64,000 bases of DNA from an uncultured delta proteobacterium (GCA_963776345.1 CAVZMH010000001.1:128001-192000), one strand, 5' to 3'; counted from the first letter of the stretch, positions 52,137-64,000 are shown. A program made the numbers and translations. Notes: generated by a model not told the origin, from the letters alone.

Positions 52137-52832
52137 ATGACGCCCCCGCCGACATCCGCTCCCGCGATGAGCCCGAAGCCCCCGCGGCCGCTGCTCCGCG
52201 GAGTGCTGAGCCCATTCGAGCGGGCCTCCGAGGTCCTCTTCGGCCTGATCATGGCCCTGACCATCACCGGGGCGCTGAGCGTGGCGCACGCCACCGAGCA
52301 GGAGACCCGGGCGCTGTTCGTCAGCACCCTGGCCTGCAACATCGCCTGGGGACTGGTGGACGGGGTGATGTACGTCCTCAACGCGCTCTTCGAGCGGGGA
52401 CGGCGCTCGCTCGTCGTCCGCGCGCTGCGCGCGAGCCCGGACACCGCGGACGCCACCCAGCTGCTCACCGAGGTCCTCCCGGAGCCGTTCGTGGGCACCC
52501 TGAGCGGAGGAGAGGTCCGGGCGCTGCGGGAGAAGATCGCCGGACACCCCGAGCTGCCCGCCCGTCCGAGTCTGCACCGCGACGACCTGATCGGCGCGGT
52601 GGGCGTGTTCCTCCTGGTCGTGGCGAGCACCTTCCCGGTGGCGCTGCCCTTCTTGCTGATCGGCGATCCCGCGCTGGCGAAGGACATCTCGCGGGCACTG
52701 TCACTGGTGCTCCTCTTCCTCAGCGGCTTCGCCGTGGGCTGGTACGCGGGACTTCGCCCGGTGGTCGTCGGCCTGGCGATGGTCGGCATCGGCGTGGTGC
52801 TGGTGGGGCTCGTCTCGGCGCTGGGCGGATGA
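52137..52832 (+). CDS. VIT1/CCC1-like membrane protein
   Basis: L.P.ER.SE.LFGLIMALT, CN.AWG..DG.MY, STFPV.LPF; about 5 TMs. Confidence 0.7.
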   Translation: MTPPPTSAPAMSPKPPRPLLRGVLSPFERASEVLFGLIMALTITGALSVAHATEQETRALFVSTLACNIAWGLVDGVMYVLNALFERGRRSLVVRALRASPDTADATQLLTEVLPEPFVGTLSGGEVRALREKIAGHPELPARPSLHRDDLIGAVGVFLLVVASTFPVALPFLLIGDPALAKDISRALSLVLLFLSGFAVGWYAGLRPVVVGLAMVGIGVVLVGLVSALGG

Positions 52833-53461
52833 GACGCCGGCGCGCCACGGGGCTGCTGGCCTTGCTGCTCCCGGCGGTATCCCTCGCCCAGGGCGCTCCC
52901 GCGGCGGAGGAGGCGGAGAAGGCCTGGTCCTTCGGAGCCGCGCTGACCTGGTACTTCGTCCCCGACCAGGGGAATCACGGGGTGCCCACGGTCACCGCGG
53001 ACCACGGGCCGTTGCACCTCGAGCTCCGCTACAACTACGAGGCGCTCCGGACCGCCTCGGTCTGGGTGGGGTGGAACTTCGAGTTCGGCGAGACCGTCAC
53101 CTTCGGCCTCACGCCCATGGCCGGATGCATGCTGGGGGAGGCCGGGGGACCCGCCCTGGGCGTCCTGGTCTCCGTCGGCTGGGGCCCGGTCTCGTTCAGC
53201 TCGCAGGACGAGTGGGTCTCGGACCTGAAGGGAGGGACCGGCGGCTTCTTCTACGCCTGGACCGAGCTCGACGTGCGCCCGTGGGAGTGGCTCCGGGCGG
53301 GCGTGGTCGCGGAGCGCACGCGCGTGTTTCACACCGCCCGGGAGGTCGTCTTCGGGCCGCTCCTCGGAGTGACCGTGTGGAAGGTCGGTCTCTCCGCGTA
53401 CTGGTTCCAGCCCGGAGGCATCGACCAGTACTTCGTCGCCTCCGTCGGGGTGAGCTTCTGA
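52829..53461 (+). CDS. Probable outer-membrane beta-barrel protein
   Basis: ATG 52829 (ATGA overlap), signal peptide, LE.RYNYE, aromatic-rich strands, terminal GVSF. Confidence 0.65.
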   Translation: MRRRRATGLLALLLPAVSLAQGAPAAEEAEKAWSFGAALTWYFVPDQGNHGVPTVTADHGPLHLELRYNYEALRTASVWVGWNFEFGETVTFGLTPMAGCMLGEAGGPALGVLVSVGWGPVSFSSQDEWVSDLKGGTGGFFYAWTELDVRPWEWLRAGVVAERTRVFHTAREVVFGPLLGVTVWKVGLSAYWFQPGGIDQYFVASVGVSF

Positions 53462-53515
53462 GAGGGGTCGCCGATGAAAGCGGCCCTGATGGCTTCGATG
53501 AACCCCGTGACGTGC

Positions 53516-54556
53516 TCAGCGCCCGAGCGTCATCGAGAGCACCTGCCGGACCTCGCCGTACGCGAGCCAGGCCACCGCGGCGACGCCGGCCAGCAGGCTC
53601 AGCGTCTGCAGCAGCGTCTGGACCCGCCCATCGACCGGACGTCCAGCGAAGGCTTCCCACAGGGTGAGCAGCATCCGTCCGCCGTCCAGCGCGGGGAGCG
53701 GCAGGAGGAAGAAGAGGCCCAGCGCGAGCGAGAGGGCCGCCAGCGTCCGGACGAGGGCGTCCACGCTCCTGCCGGCCGCCTCCGCAGCGCCCCAGACCAG
53801 CGCGCCGGCGGTGTGGTTCCGGGCCGCGCCGCCCCAGGGCTGGGCGAGCAGCTGGCCGGCCTCGTGGAGGATCCTCCGGAGCACCACCCCGGTGTGGCGC
53901 ACCGCTTCCACGAGGGCCCGGCCCGGCCGGAGCCGCTCGAAGGCGTAGAGCTGTCGAAGCCCGATGCGTGCCCGCCCATCGGCATCGAGCCCGGGCTCGA
54001 CCTCCAGGGAGAGCGTGTCCGGCCCGCGAGCGAGGCCCACCACGGTCGCGGTCTCCGAGGGCCGGCCGAGCGCCGCGACCAGCTCGGACCATCGATGGAC
54101 GGGCGCGCCGTCCACCGAGACGATGCGGTCGCCCGGGTGGAAGCCGGCGCGCGCGGCCACCGAGCCCGGCTCGACCGCACCGACCACCGTTCCCACCGGG
54201 TGGTGGGTCCCGGCGGCGAACAGCCCCGCCAGCAGCAGCACCGCCACCACCCAGCTCCCCAGCGGGCCCGCGGCGAAGATGGCCAGCCTCCGTCCGACGG
54301 ACAGGGTGGCGAAGGGGACGCCCGAGGCGCGGGTGGCATCGTGGGGATTCTCCCCCTCGAGCCGGAGCCACCCTCCGAAGGGGATGGCCCCCACCGCCCA
54401 GCGCTGGCCGAGCGCCCGGACGCTGAACAGCGGGGGGCCAATCCCGAAGGAGAAGACGATCGCCCGGGTGCCGAAGACGCGCGCGGCGAGCAGGTGCGCC
54501 AGCTCGTGCACGGCCAGGAGCACACCGAGGGCGAGCAGCGCGAGGAGGGCTCGCAT
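53516..54556 (-). CDS. Second RseP-like M50 protease with one PDZ domain
   Basis: HELAH, FSFGIG, IPFGG, AGP, PDZ (GD.IVSVDG), LPALDGG. Confidence 0.85.
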   Translation of the reverse strand: MRALLALLALGVLLAVHELAHLLAARVFGTRAIVFSFGIGPPLFSVRALGQRWAVGAIPFGGWLRLEGENPHDATRASGVPFATLSVGRRLAIFAAGPLGSWVVAVLLLAGLFAAGTHHPVGTVVGAVEPGSVAARAGFHPGDRIVSVDGAPVHRWSELVAALGRPSETATVVGLARGPDTLSLEVEPGLDADGRARIGLRQLYAFERLRPGRALVEAVRHTGVVLRRILHEAGQLLAQPWGGAARNHTAGALVWGAAEAAGRSVDALVRTLAALSLALGLFFLLPLPALDGGRMLLTLWEAFAGRPVDGRVQTLLQTLSLLAGVAAVAWLAYGEVRQVLSMTLGR

Positions 54557-54651
54557 GCGGTCCGTCCGGGAGCGTATCAGTGGTCCGCAGCCCGGGGGGA
54601 CGGCGATTGAAGCCCCGGGGCGTGGTCTCTAGACTCGCCCGTCCGCTCGTG

Positions 54652-55165
54652 ATGAACGCACGGATGGCACTCGTGATCCTCGCCACCTCCCTGGCCGGCT
54701 GCGGCGGAAGAACCCACGCCCAGGAGGAAGGGTGCTATGCCTTGCTGCCCGTGCGGCCCACCGGAATTCTTCGCGACGAGTGCCAGCTGCTGGCGGACGC
54801 CGCCGCGAATCTCGGCGCGCGGCTCACGCGGTCAGGCGACGTGGTGGAGCTCGACTTCCGGTTCACCAGCCCGAGCCAGGGTGCGCTGCTCGACGTGTCG
54901 ATGGCCGGCCAGTTCTCCTACGACCAGGAGACGTTCAGCGCCGACGGAACGGCCTCGAACGTCCTCCTGCCCATCGAGGGGCAGGCCTGCCAGATCGATC
55001 TGGTCGACGTCCACCTGGACGCGACCTCGGACGCGGCGGATCGCTTCGAGGTTCTCGGGGGTGATCCGGATCAGCACCTTTACTTTTCGACCCGAGACCT
55101 GTGTGTGCCAGGCCTGGTTCGAGTACCAGGCCTCGCTGAGCAATTCTGGAAGCGCCTGTCCCTAG
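54652..55165 (+). CDS. Cys-containing lipoprotein, hypothetical; frameshifted near 55045
   Basis: Lipobox LAG|C. The natural C-terminus (FSGVIRI...[11 protein letters not shown]) lies in another frame ending at TAG 55165; the uncorrected frame runs into acs. Confidence 0.6.
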
Positions 55166-55175
55166 GAGCGTCGCC

Positions 55176-57134
<1,959 letters not shown>

Positions 57135-57186
57135 CCCGGCCCGACCGGAGGGCGCTCGTCGAGGGGCTCGATGCCTCGCTCGGGCG

Positions 57187-57703
57187 CTAGTGCTCGTCCG
57201 CCGTGCAGTCCTTCGCCACGCGGAACGCCGTCGAGGAACCGGTCGACGTCCGGTGCCGGTCCTCGCCACATGGCCATCAGCGTGTAGATGCACTGGCCGG
57301 CGGCCACGACCTGGATGCGGATCTCGAGCCCCTGGGCGTGGAAGGCGCAGGTCTGGGCAGGGCGGCCGTCGCGGCGCTTGCCTCGCGCGTCGGTGGTGAT
57401 GTCGTACCCCCGCGCGCGGGCGAACTCGGCGCAGAAGCCGTCGAGCACGCCCTCCGGGTCGAGCCGGCGCCCCGGGCCGGGCCGGCGCCGCTGCACCAGG
57501 AACGCCTGGTCCTCGGTCCCGCGCGACTCGACCGAGAGCAGGCGCTGGTTGCCCTCGGTCCGCTCGGCCTCGGTCCGCAGGGGCGGCGGGAGCTCGGCGC
57601 TGAACGTCCCGTCCGGCGCCTCGTACCGCGGCCAGGCCGGCTTGCAGCCCCCCGCGGCGAGGAGGAGCGCCAGCACCACCGCCTCTCTCCGGCGTTCAGC
57701 CAT
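57187..57703 (-). CDS. Hypothetical lipoprotein (PsbP/DcrB-like pattern); frameshifted near 57230
   Basis: Lipobox AGG|C, W......G.FS..LP, ends DRFL. Removing one base gives AFRVAKDCTADEH* at 57187; otherwise the frame runs antisense into acs. Confidence 0.55.
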
Positions 57704-58331
57704 GGCGTGAGAGGTGGACGACCGCGGCCTCGAGCAGCGCGGCGATCCCCCGCTTCGAGGTGTGGACCAGCTTGCGCCGCAGCGGCGGAGGCCCGCCGGT
57801 GTAGAGCGTGCTCACGCGGTGATCGAGCTCCGAGCCGCCCCAGAGCAAGACGAGATCTGCCCAGTCCAGGTCCAGCCGGGCCTGGGCGAGCGTCCTTCGC
57901 TCGGTGCCGTCGACCAGGCGAAGCTCGAGCCGCCCGCCGAGGGCATCGCGCAGCTCCTCCCGCACCGACGGCGAGCCGCCGACGATGGTCAGGCGACGGA
58001 TGCCCGAGCGCTGGCAGGCGGCGACCAGCGCCTCCTCGGCCCGGCGATTGTCGGAGCCGCCGCACGAGGCGCACGCGGTGCGATGGGCGGTGCGCACCGG
58101 CGTCCTGCCGGAGCGCTCCGCGGCCGCGGCGCAGGCCGGCGTCGCGCAGTGCTTGAAGAATCGCCCGTCGAGCGCCAATCGGGCGCGGTCCTCCTTCGCC
58201 GCGCTCATCCGCGCCTTGCCCGGCCGGGTGAGCCCCGCGGCCTCCAGCGCCTCGCGGGCGCGGGTCCGCACCTCCGGGAGGTCGAAGCCCTCGGCCGAGA
58301 GCCAGGAGTCGATGTCGACGTCATGGCTCAC
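57696..58331 (-). CDS. Hypothetical protein with four Cys and a DUF2325-like C-terminal domain
   Basis: GTG 58331 (GTGA overlap with rnhB stop), C-x4-C...CxxC, then IVGG...ADLV.......DH. Confidence 0.65.
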   Translation of the reverse strand: MSHDVDIDSWLSAEGFDLPEVRTRAREALEAAGLTRPGKARMSAAKEDRARLALDGRFFKHCATPACAAAAERSGRTPVRTAHRTACASCGGSDNRRAEEALVAACQRSGIRRLTIVGGSPSVREELRDALGGRLELRLVDGTERRTLAQARLDLDWADLVLLWGGSELDHRVSTLYTGGPPPLRRKLVHTSKRGIAALLEAAVVHLSRHG

Positions 58332-59186
58332 GGACCGGCCGGTTCCGGCGGAACCGGCGGCAGCTCGAAGAGCAGCTCCTGGATGGGCTCGAGCCCGAGC
58401 GCCTGGCGTACCGGCGCGAAGCTCCGCCGGTGGATGGGGCAGGCGCCGAGCGAGCGCAGCGCAGCCTCGTGCTGAGGAGTGGGGTATCCCTTGTGCGCGG
58501 CGAACCCGTAGCCCGGGTACGTCGCGTCCATCTCGGCCATGTGGGCGTCCCGGGTGGTCTTCGCCAGCACCGAGGCGGCGGCGATGGTGAGCGAGAGCGC
58601 GTCGCCGTGCACGATGCCCCGCTGCGGCACCGGGCACTCGGGGATGCGGCGGGCGTCCACCAGCACGAAGCTCGGGGGCAGCGGCAGGCCGAGGAGCGCG
58701 CGGCGCATCGCGAGGAGCCCGGCGTGGTAGATGTTCAGCCGGTCGATCTCCCCCACCTCGGCCACGCCCACCGCCCAGGCGACCGCGTCCCGCTTCAGCT
58801 CGCCGGCCATTCGCTCGCGGGTCTCGGCGTCGAGCACCTTGCTGTCGTCGAGCCCGCGCAGCTTGTAGTGCCGCGGGAGGATGACGGCCGCCGCGACCAC
58901 CGGACCGGCGAGGGGCGCCATCCCCGCCTCGTCCACCCCCGCGACGTGCAGGTGGCCCGCCTCCCACAGGTCGACCTCGTAGCGGAGGAGGTTCCGGAGC
59001 CGCTGGCCCTCGGAGCGGTTCTTCTCCCGGCGGGCCGCGGATGGCGCGGGCCAGCTCCCGGGCCGCGCGCCGCGGGTCCTGCTCCAGGGCCTCCACGAGG
59101 CCCTCGGGGACCGGCCGCCCCCGCGTGAGGAACCGCTCGCGGAGCTGACCGATGGGCTGGGCGAGGAACCGCTCGAGGTCGGACAT
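58328..59186 (-). CDS. rnhB: Ribonuclease HII; apparent frameshift near 59035
   Basis: [45 protein letters not shown]. The N-terminal extension from ATG 59186 is in another frame. Confidence 0.9.
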
Positions 59187-59244
59187 CGTGGCGGCCCGGA
59201 ACGCTACACGCGTGGACCGACAGCGCGGAAGTGTCTCCAGACGC

Positions 59245-59634
59245 TCACTCGCCGGGCGCAGGAGCCTGGAGCAGCCCCCAGGCGTCCAGGTCGATCGCCG
59301 CCAGAACCGTCCGGTGTGCCAGGCAGCCGCAACGCGGTGTCCGGGGCGAGGGGCAGGAGCGCATCCAGGACTCGAGCCGGGAGAGCGGCCCTGGCCCGAC
59401 CGGGTGCGCACGGACGTGCACCGACTCCGAGGAAAGGTCTCCGTGGCGCGACTCGGTCACCTCGGTGAGGCCCTCGAACCTGCAGCCGCCGCAGCGGGCG
59501 ACCGCGAGCATCCGTTCGTCGGCCTCTTCCGGCGGCAGCTCCAGCACCAGCGGCGGATGCACCAGCGCGGCGCCGCACCGAGGACACCGGCCGGCGCCGC
59601 CGCCCGGGTGGCCCGGGATCCATCCAGGGCTCAC
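59245..59634 (-). CDS. Small Cys-rich hypothetical protein (possible Zn-binding)
   Basis: GTG 59634 overlapping the M61 stop; CPRC, CGGC, CP..RTPRCGC.AH. Confidence 0.55.
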   Translation of the reverse strand: MSPGWIPGHPGGGAGRCPRCGAALVHPPLVLELPPEEADERMLAVARCGGCRFEGLTEVTESRHGDLSSESVHVRAHPVGPGPLSRLESWMRSCPSPRTPRCGCLAHRTVLAAIDLDAWGLLQAPAPGE

Positions 59635-61388
59635 CCGGCGCCGTCCAGCGGTGCGCCCGCCCAGCGCTCGAACGCCGCGCGCTGCGCGTCGGTGGGCGAC
59701 TCGACCGGCGCGAGCCACACCGCATCCTCGGGACGGCGCTCGAGCGTCACCGGGACCTCGACCAGGAGATCACGCCGGAACACCGACACCCGGAGCACCT
59801 CTCCCGGGCTCCGGTCGTCGGCGCGCGAGACCAGCGCCGCGGCGTCGCCCTTCACCCCGTCCACCGCGATGACCTCGTCGTCGGGGTAGAGACCCGCCGC
59901 CTGTGCGGGGGAGCCCTCGAGGACGCTGGCGATGGCGTTGCCGCGCGCCACGATGCCGGTCCAGCCGCGCGCCCGCGTGTCGCCTTCCTTGAGCCGGGGC
60001 GGCGTCCCACCCTTGTCGCCCACCGACTCGCGGATGCGGGTGCGCACCCGGAGTCCCACGTGCTCGAGCGCCGAGGTGTCCAGCTCGTCGGTGCTGCGGA
60101 GCGCCCGGTCGAAGAAGGACCTGAGATCCGCGCCGGCCACCTCGGAGGCCGCCGCCTCCACTCCGTCCTCCGGCACGCCCTTCCCGTCGCCGTGGCGGCT
60201 CCAGAGGAGGCGCATCACGTCGTCGAGGCTCTTCGCGTCGCGGGTGCGGCGGCGGATCTCGAGGTCGAGGCACAGTGCCACCAGCTCGCCCTTCAGGTAG
60301 TACGAGACGGCGCTGTTGGGCGTGTGCTCGTCCTGCCGGTAGTACTTCACCCAGGCGGTGAGCGAGCCCTCCTCCAGCGTCTGCACCCGTCGGCCCGGCG
60401 TCGTGGCGAGCGTGGAGAACGCCTCGCCGAGCCGGATCAGGTAGCGCGCCGGGCTCATCCGTCCCGCGCGCCGCACCAAGAGATTGTCGTAGTACGAGGT
60501 GATGCCCTCGAACGCCCAGAGCAGGCGGGTGTAGCTCTCGCCCGAGTAGTCGAAGGGGACGAAGGCCCGCGGCTTCAGGCGCTTCACGTTCCAGAGGTGG
60601 AAGTACTCGTGCGAGGCGAGGGTGAGGAAGTCCTCCCAGCCCTTGGGGGTGGAGATCTGCGCCCGGGGGTAGACCAGCGCGGTGGAGGCGGCGTGCTCGA
60701 GCCCGCCGCGCCCCTTGTCCACCAGGTAGAGCAGGAAGAGGTAGCGGGGCATGGGGAGCCCGCCCCACAGCGCCGCCTCGGCGTCGCACACCGCGGCGAG
60801 GTCGGCCGCGAGCTTGCTCGCGTCCACCGTCCCGCCCCAGACCACCACCTCGTGCGGCACGCCGCCGGCCTCGAACCGGATGGGGCGGTGCGGGCCGATC
60901 TCCACCGGGCTGTCGACCAGCACGTCGTAGCTCGGGGCCTGCCAGCCGCCGTCGGTGCGCTCCAGCGCGGTGAAGACGGTCCACCCCGGAGGCGCGTCGA
61001 CCGCCAGGTGGTACGGCGCGTCCCGGAGCGCCTCGGTGTAGAGGAAGAGCGTCGCCCCGTTGAAGAAGCCATGCGTCCCGTCGAGGTGGCTGGTCCTCAC
61101 CGTGAGCTCGTTGGCGTAGACGCAGTAGCGCACCCGCGCCGGGCGGCCCTGCGGGCGGAGGCGCCAGGTCCGCTTGTCCACCCGCTCGGCCGTCACGCGC
61201 TCGCCGCGGTCGTCGGAGGCGGAGAGCTCCTGGACGTGACGGGCGAACTCGCGGACCAGGTAGCTGCCCGGCGTCCAGACCGGCAGCACGAGGTCGAGCA
61301 CGTCGGCGGCGGGGAACTGGGCCTCCACCTCGAAGAGGTGCGAGTGGGGCCGGGGCATCGAGACGCGGTAGCGGACCGCTTCGGTCAT
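59631..61388 (-). CDS. M61 family glycyl aminopeptidase with C-terminal PDZ
   Basis: ATG 61388, PVWTPGSYLVREF, GGLEH, HEYFHLWNVKR, EG.TSYYD, SYY.KG, PDZ. Confidence 0.95.
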   Translation of the reverse strand: MTEAVRYRVSMPRPHSHLFEVEAQFPAADVLDLVLPVWTPGSYLVREFARHVQELSASDDRGERVTAERVDKRTWRLRPQGRPARVRYCVYANELTVRTSHLDGTHGFFNGATLFLYTEALRDAPYHLAVDAPPGWTVFTALERTDGGWQAPSYDVLVDSPVEIGPHRPIRFEAGGVPHEVVVWGGTVDASKLAADLAAVCDAEAALWGGLPMPRYLFLLYLVDKGRGGLEHAASTALVYPRAQISTPKGWEDFLTLASHEYFHLWNVKRLKPRAFVPFDYSGESYTRLLWAFEGITSYYDNLLVRRAGRMSPARYLIRLGEAFSTLATTPGRRVQTLEEGSLTAWVKYYRQDEHTPNSAVSYYLKGELVALCLDLEIRRRTRDAKSLDDVMRLLWSRHGDGKGVPEDGVEAAASEVAGADLRSFFDRALRSTDELDTSALEHVGLRVRTRIRESVGDKGGTPPRLKEGDTRARGWTGIVARGNAIASVLEGSPAQAAGLYPDDEVIAVDGVKGDAAALVSRADDRSPGEVLRVSVFRRDLLVEVPVTLERRPEDAVWLAPVESPTDAQRAAFERWAGAPLDGAG

Positions 61389-61417
61389 GCGCCCCACGTC
61401 TAGCACCCGGGGGCAGC

Positions 61418-62716
61418 TCAGCGCGCGCGCAGGAGGATGGCGCCGAAGAACCCGTCGGTTCCATGGCGTCCGGGCGAGAGCCGGAGGAAGTCGCCGGTGC
61501 TGACCCTGGCGCCCAGCTCGGGGCCGAGCCGGTCGGCGGGCGGGACGGTGTGGAACCCCGGGTGACGCTCGAGGAACCAGGCCACCACCGCCTCGTTCTC
61601 CTCCTCGAGCACGCTGCACGTTCCGTAGACCAGGCGGCCGCCCGGGCGCACCAGCGGCGCGAACTGGGCGAGGAGGGTGCGCTGGCGCTCCACGTGCTGC
61701 CCGAGCATCGCCTCGGTCAGGCGGTAGCGGGCGTCGGGCTTGCGGCGGAAGGTGCCGGTGCCGCTGCATGGTGCGTCGACCAGCACCCGGTCGGCCTTCT
61801 CCGCGAGGTCGGCGAGCGCCGGCCCGACCTCGGGGCCCGAGGCGGGGATGGCGCGGATGCGGACGTTGTGCACGCCGGCGCGGCGGGCCCGGCGCTTGAG
61901 CTCCTCGAGGCGCCGGGCGTCGATGTCGAGCGCGAACAGCTCGCCTCGGTTCCGCATCTGGGCCGCGAGCTGGAGCGTCTTGCCGCCGGCGCCGGCGCAG
62001 GCGTCCACCACGCGGGTGGGGGGCGCGTCGACGAGGAGCCCCAGGAGCTGGCTCCCCTCGTCCTGGAGCTCGAAGAGCCCTTCGCGGAAGCTGGGGAGCG
62101 CGAAGACGTTCTGCCTCGTCTCGAGGAAGAGCCCGAGCGGCGAGAGCGGCGTCTCGCGCGTCTCCACGCCCTCGGCACGGAGCCGGTCCCGGAGCGCGTC
62201 GCGGGTCGTCCGGAGGAGGTTCACCCGGGCGGTGAGCGGGGCCCGCTCGTTCATCGCCGCGGCCTCGAGCTCGGCGCGATCGCCGAACTCCCGGAGGAAG
62301 CGCTCGGCGAGGAAGTCCGGGAGCGAGGCGTCGAGCGCGAAGCGCTGGGGGCGAGGAAGGGCCTGGAGGGCGGCGGCGGCGGCGGGGAGCGCCTCGAGGA
62401 CCTGCGACTCGTCCGGCCGGAGGCCGCTGGTCCTGGCCACGCGCTCGGCGGTCTCGCCGTGCAGCACCTGCGAGGCGGCGAGCCGCAGGAGGTCCTGCTG
62501 GGTGGTGGGGCGCCGCTCGAGGGTGGCGCCCGCGCGATCGAGGAGCGCGTCGACGGTTCGCTGCCGGCGGAGCAGGGCGTAGACGCGCTCGGCCACCGCC
62601 CGCCGCTCGTTCGAGTAGAGATGCCGCTTGGTCCGGAGCACGTGGTCGAGCGCGCGGTCGGCGAGCCAGCCCTCGTGGCGAACCGCGCCGTAGGCCTCCA
62701 GCGCCGCCTGCGTCAC
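61418..62716 (-). CDS. RsmB/NOP family RNA m5C methyltransferase
   Basis: QDEGSQ, DACAGAGGKTL, VLVDAPCSGTG, YGTCS...ENE, TDGFF. True start is probably further upstream. Confidence 0.92.
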   Translation of the reverse strand: MTQAALEAYGAVRHEGWLADRALDHVLRTKRHLYSNERRAVAERVYALLRRQRTVDALLDRAGATLERRPTTQQDLLRLAASQVLHGETAERVARTSGLRPDESQVLEALPAAAAALQALPRPQRFALDASLPDFLAERFLREFGDRAELEAAAMNERAPLTARVNLLRTTRDALRDRLRAEGVETRETPLSPLGLFLETRQNVFALPSFREGLFELQDEGSQLLGLLVDAPPTRVVDACAGAGGKTLQLAAQMRNRGELFALDIDARRLEELKRRARRAGVHNVRIRAIPASGPEVGPALADLAEKADRVLVDAPCSGTGTFRRKPDARYRLTEAMLGQHVERQRTLLAQFAPLVRPGGRLVYGTCSVLEEENEAVVAWFLERHPGFHTVPPADRLGPELGARVSTGDFLRLSPGRHGTDGFFGAILLRAR

Positions 62717-62870
62717 CAGGTCTTCCCGGAGGGGGCGCTCCGGCCGCTCCGCCCCGTCGTGGCGCTCGCGCCCCCGGAGGTGGCACGCCCGGAGGTGTCA
62801 GACACCTCGGACGAGGCCTGACGCGGGCGGCGGTCGCGCCGGCGGCCAGAGGACGGGCGAGTCACGGGCC

Positions 62871-63203
62871 TCAGTACCTCGGCATGCGCGGGTCCACGTC
62901 CACCGCCCACGCCTCGATGCCGCCGCGCAGGGACGCCGCGGGGATGCCCACCGAGTCCAGGAAGGCGGCCGCGTGGTAGCTGCGTACCCCGAGGTGACAG
63001 AGGACGACCAGCGGCCGGTCCGCCACCTCGCGGACCTCGTCCAGCCGCGCCGGCAGCTCGTGCATCGGCACGTGCAGCGAGCCGGGGAGGGACGCGACGC
63101 GGACCTCGTCCGGGTTCCGGACGTCGAGGATGAGGGGCCGCTCCACCTCGGGTCCCTCCAGGGCCCGGGCCAGCTCGCGCGCGCTCACCTCACGCACGGG
63201 CAC
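62871..63203 (-). CDS. Single-domain rhodanese
   Basis: ILDVR...E, CHLGVRS active-site loop, L.GGI.AW...VDP..P.Y. Confidence 0.9.
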   Translation of the reverse strand: MPVREVSARELARALEGPEVERPLILDVRNPDEVRVASLPGSLHVPMHELPARLDEVREVADRPLVVLCHLGVRSYHAAAFLDSVGIPAASLRGGIEAWAVDVDPRMPRY

Positions 63204-63999
63204 CGGGCACCTCGCAGGTGGGCGGCTCGTCGGAGAGGGTGATGGTCGCGCCCGGACGGCAGGTGGGGCAGGCCGGATCGCGCCGCAGCGCCAGCTCGGA
63301 GAACCGCGTCCCCAGCGCGTCGAAGGTGAGCAGCCGCCCGACGAGCGGGGTGCCGATGCCCAGCAGCAGCTTCAGCACCTCGTTGGCCTGGACCAACCCG
63401 ATGAGCCCGGGCAGCACCCCGAGCACCCCGGCCTCGGCGCAGGACGGCGCGAGCTCCGGCGGGGGCGGCGACGGGTACAGGCAGCGGTAGCACGGCCCCA
63501 CGCCGGGGAGCAGCGTCGTCGCCTGGCCCTCGAAGCGGTACACGCTCCCGTGCACCAGCGGGATGCCCTCCTTCACGCAGGCGTCGTTGAGCAGGTAGCG
63601 GGTGGGGAAGTTGTCGCCTCCGTCCACCACCACCTCGAACCCGCGCACGATGCGCAGGACGTTCGCCGCGGTGAGGCGCTCGGGGAAGGTGACGACCTTG
63701 AGCTCGGGGTTGAGCGCGGTCAGCGCGTCCCGCGCGCTGTCGGTCTTGGGCCGCCCTGCGTCCGAGCTCCGGTGGAGCACCTGCCGCTGGAGGTTGCTCA
63801 CCTCCACCACGTCCGAGTCGACGATGCCCAGGGTCCCCACGCCCGCCGCGGCCAGGTACAGCGCCGCGGGCGAGCCGAGCCCCCCGGCGCCGAGCAGGAG
63901 CACCCGAGACTCGAACAGCTTCGTCTGTCCGGCCTCGCCGACCTCGGGCAAGGAGAGGTGCCGCCGGTAGCGCGCCTTCTGGTCGGCGCGCAGCTGGGT
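63190..63999 (-). CDS. moeB: Molybdopterin-synthase adenylyltransferase MoeB/ThiF (5' truncated by window edge)
   Basis: RY.RH..LPEVG..GQ.KL, GAGGLG, SNLQRQ, DNF.TRY, CYRC...C..C; frame is open to the window end. Confidence 0.93.
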   Translation of the reverse strand, partial: TQLRADQKARYRRHLSLPEVGEAGQTKLFESRVLLLGAGGLGSPAALYLAAAGVGTLGIVDSDVVEVSNLQRQVLHRSSDAGRPKTDSARDALTALNPELKVVTFPERLTAANVLRIVRGFEVVVDGGDNFPTRYLLNDACVKEGIPLVHGSVYRFEGQATTLLPGVGPCYRCLYPSPPPPELAPSCAEAGVLGVLPGLIGLVQANEVLKLLLGIGTPLVGRLLTFDALGTRFSELALRRDPACPTCRPGATITLSDEPPTCEVPGARA

Positions 64000-64000
64000 G

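Overview
Very GC-rich, gene-dense chromosomal segment of a myxobacterium (Myxococcota, Myxococcaceae-like), with about 65 genes. I saw no rRNA, tRNA, CRISPR array, integrase or transposase. Left part: a type II secretion operon (gspC-D-E-F-small ORF-G-H-I-J-K-L-M-N, minus strand) behind a near-consensus sigma54 promoter and bracketed by two sigma54 enhancer-binding proteins. Middle: an orphan ParB-fold protein, a membrane zincin/TPR protein, PilZ (PlpA-like)-DUF192, the gliding-motility cluster cglC/gltB/gltA/gltC, a decayed DUF2750-like pseudogene with an imperfect palindrome, a plsX plus HAD/App1-like phosphatase pair, pcnB, NAT, dinB, an RluA-family gene and a Ser/Thr kinase. Right part: uppS-cdsA-rseP-rlpA-tsaB-Asd-like (no dxr), a MYXO-CTERM protein plus outer-membrane beta-barrel pair, a moaD-moaE fusion, acs, rnhB, an M61 peptidase, an RsmB-family gene, rhodanese and moeB. 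The best new observation is that the T2SS operon and the MYXO-CTERM/beta-barrel operon 30 kb away share the same promoter architecture: a sigma54 -24/-12 box plus a similar GTGACA-N3-TGWCWC upstream element, offset by exactly 10 bp. This suggests secretion machine and cargo are co-regulated. Several apparent frameshifts cluster in the last 13 kb and are probably sequence errors. All family calls come from motif recognition and memory; no database searches were run.
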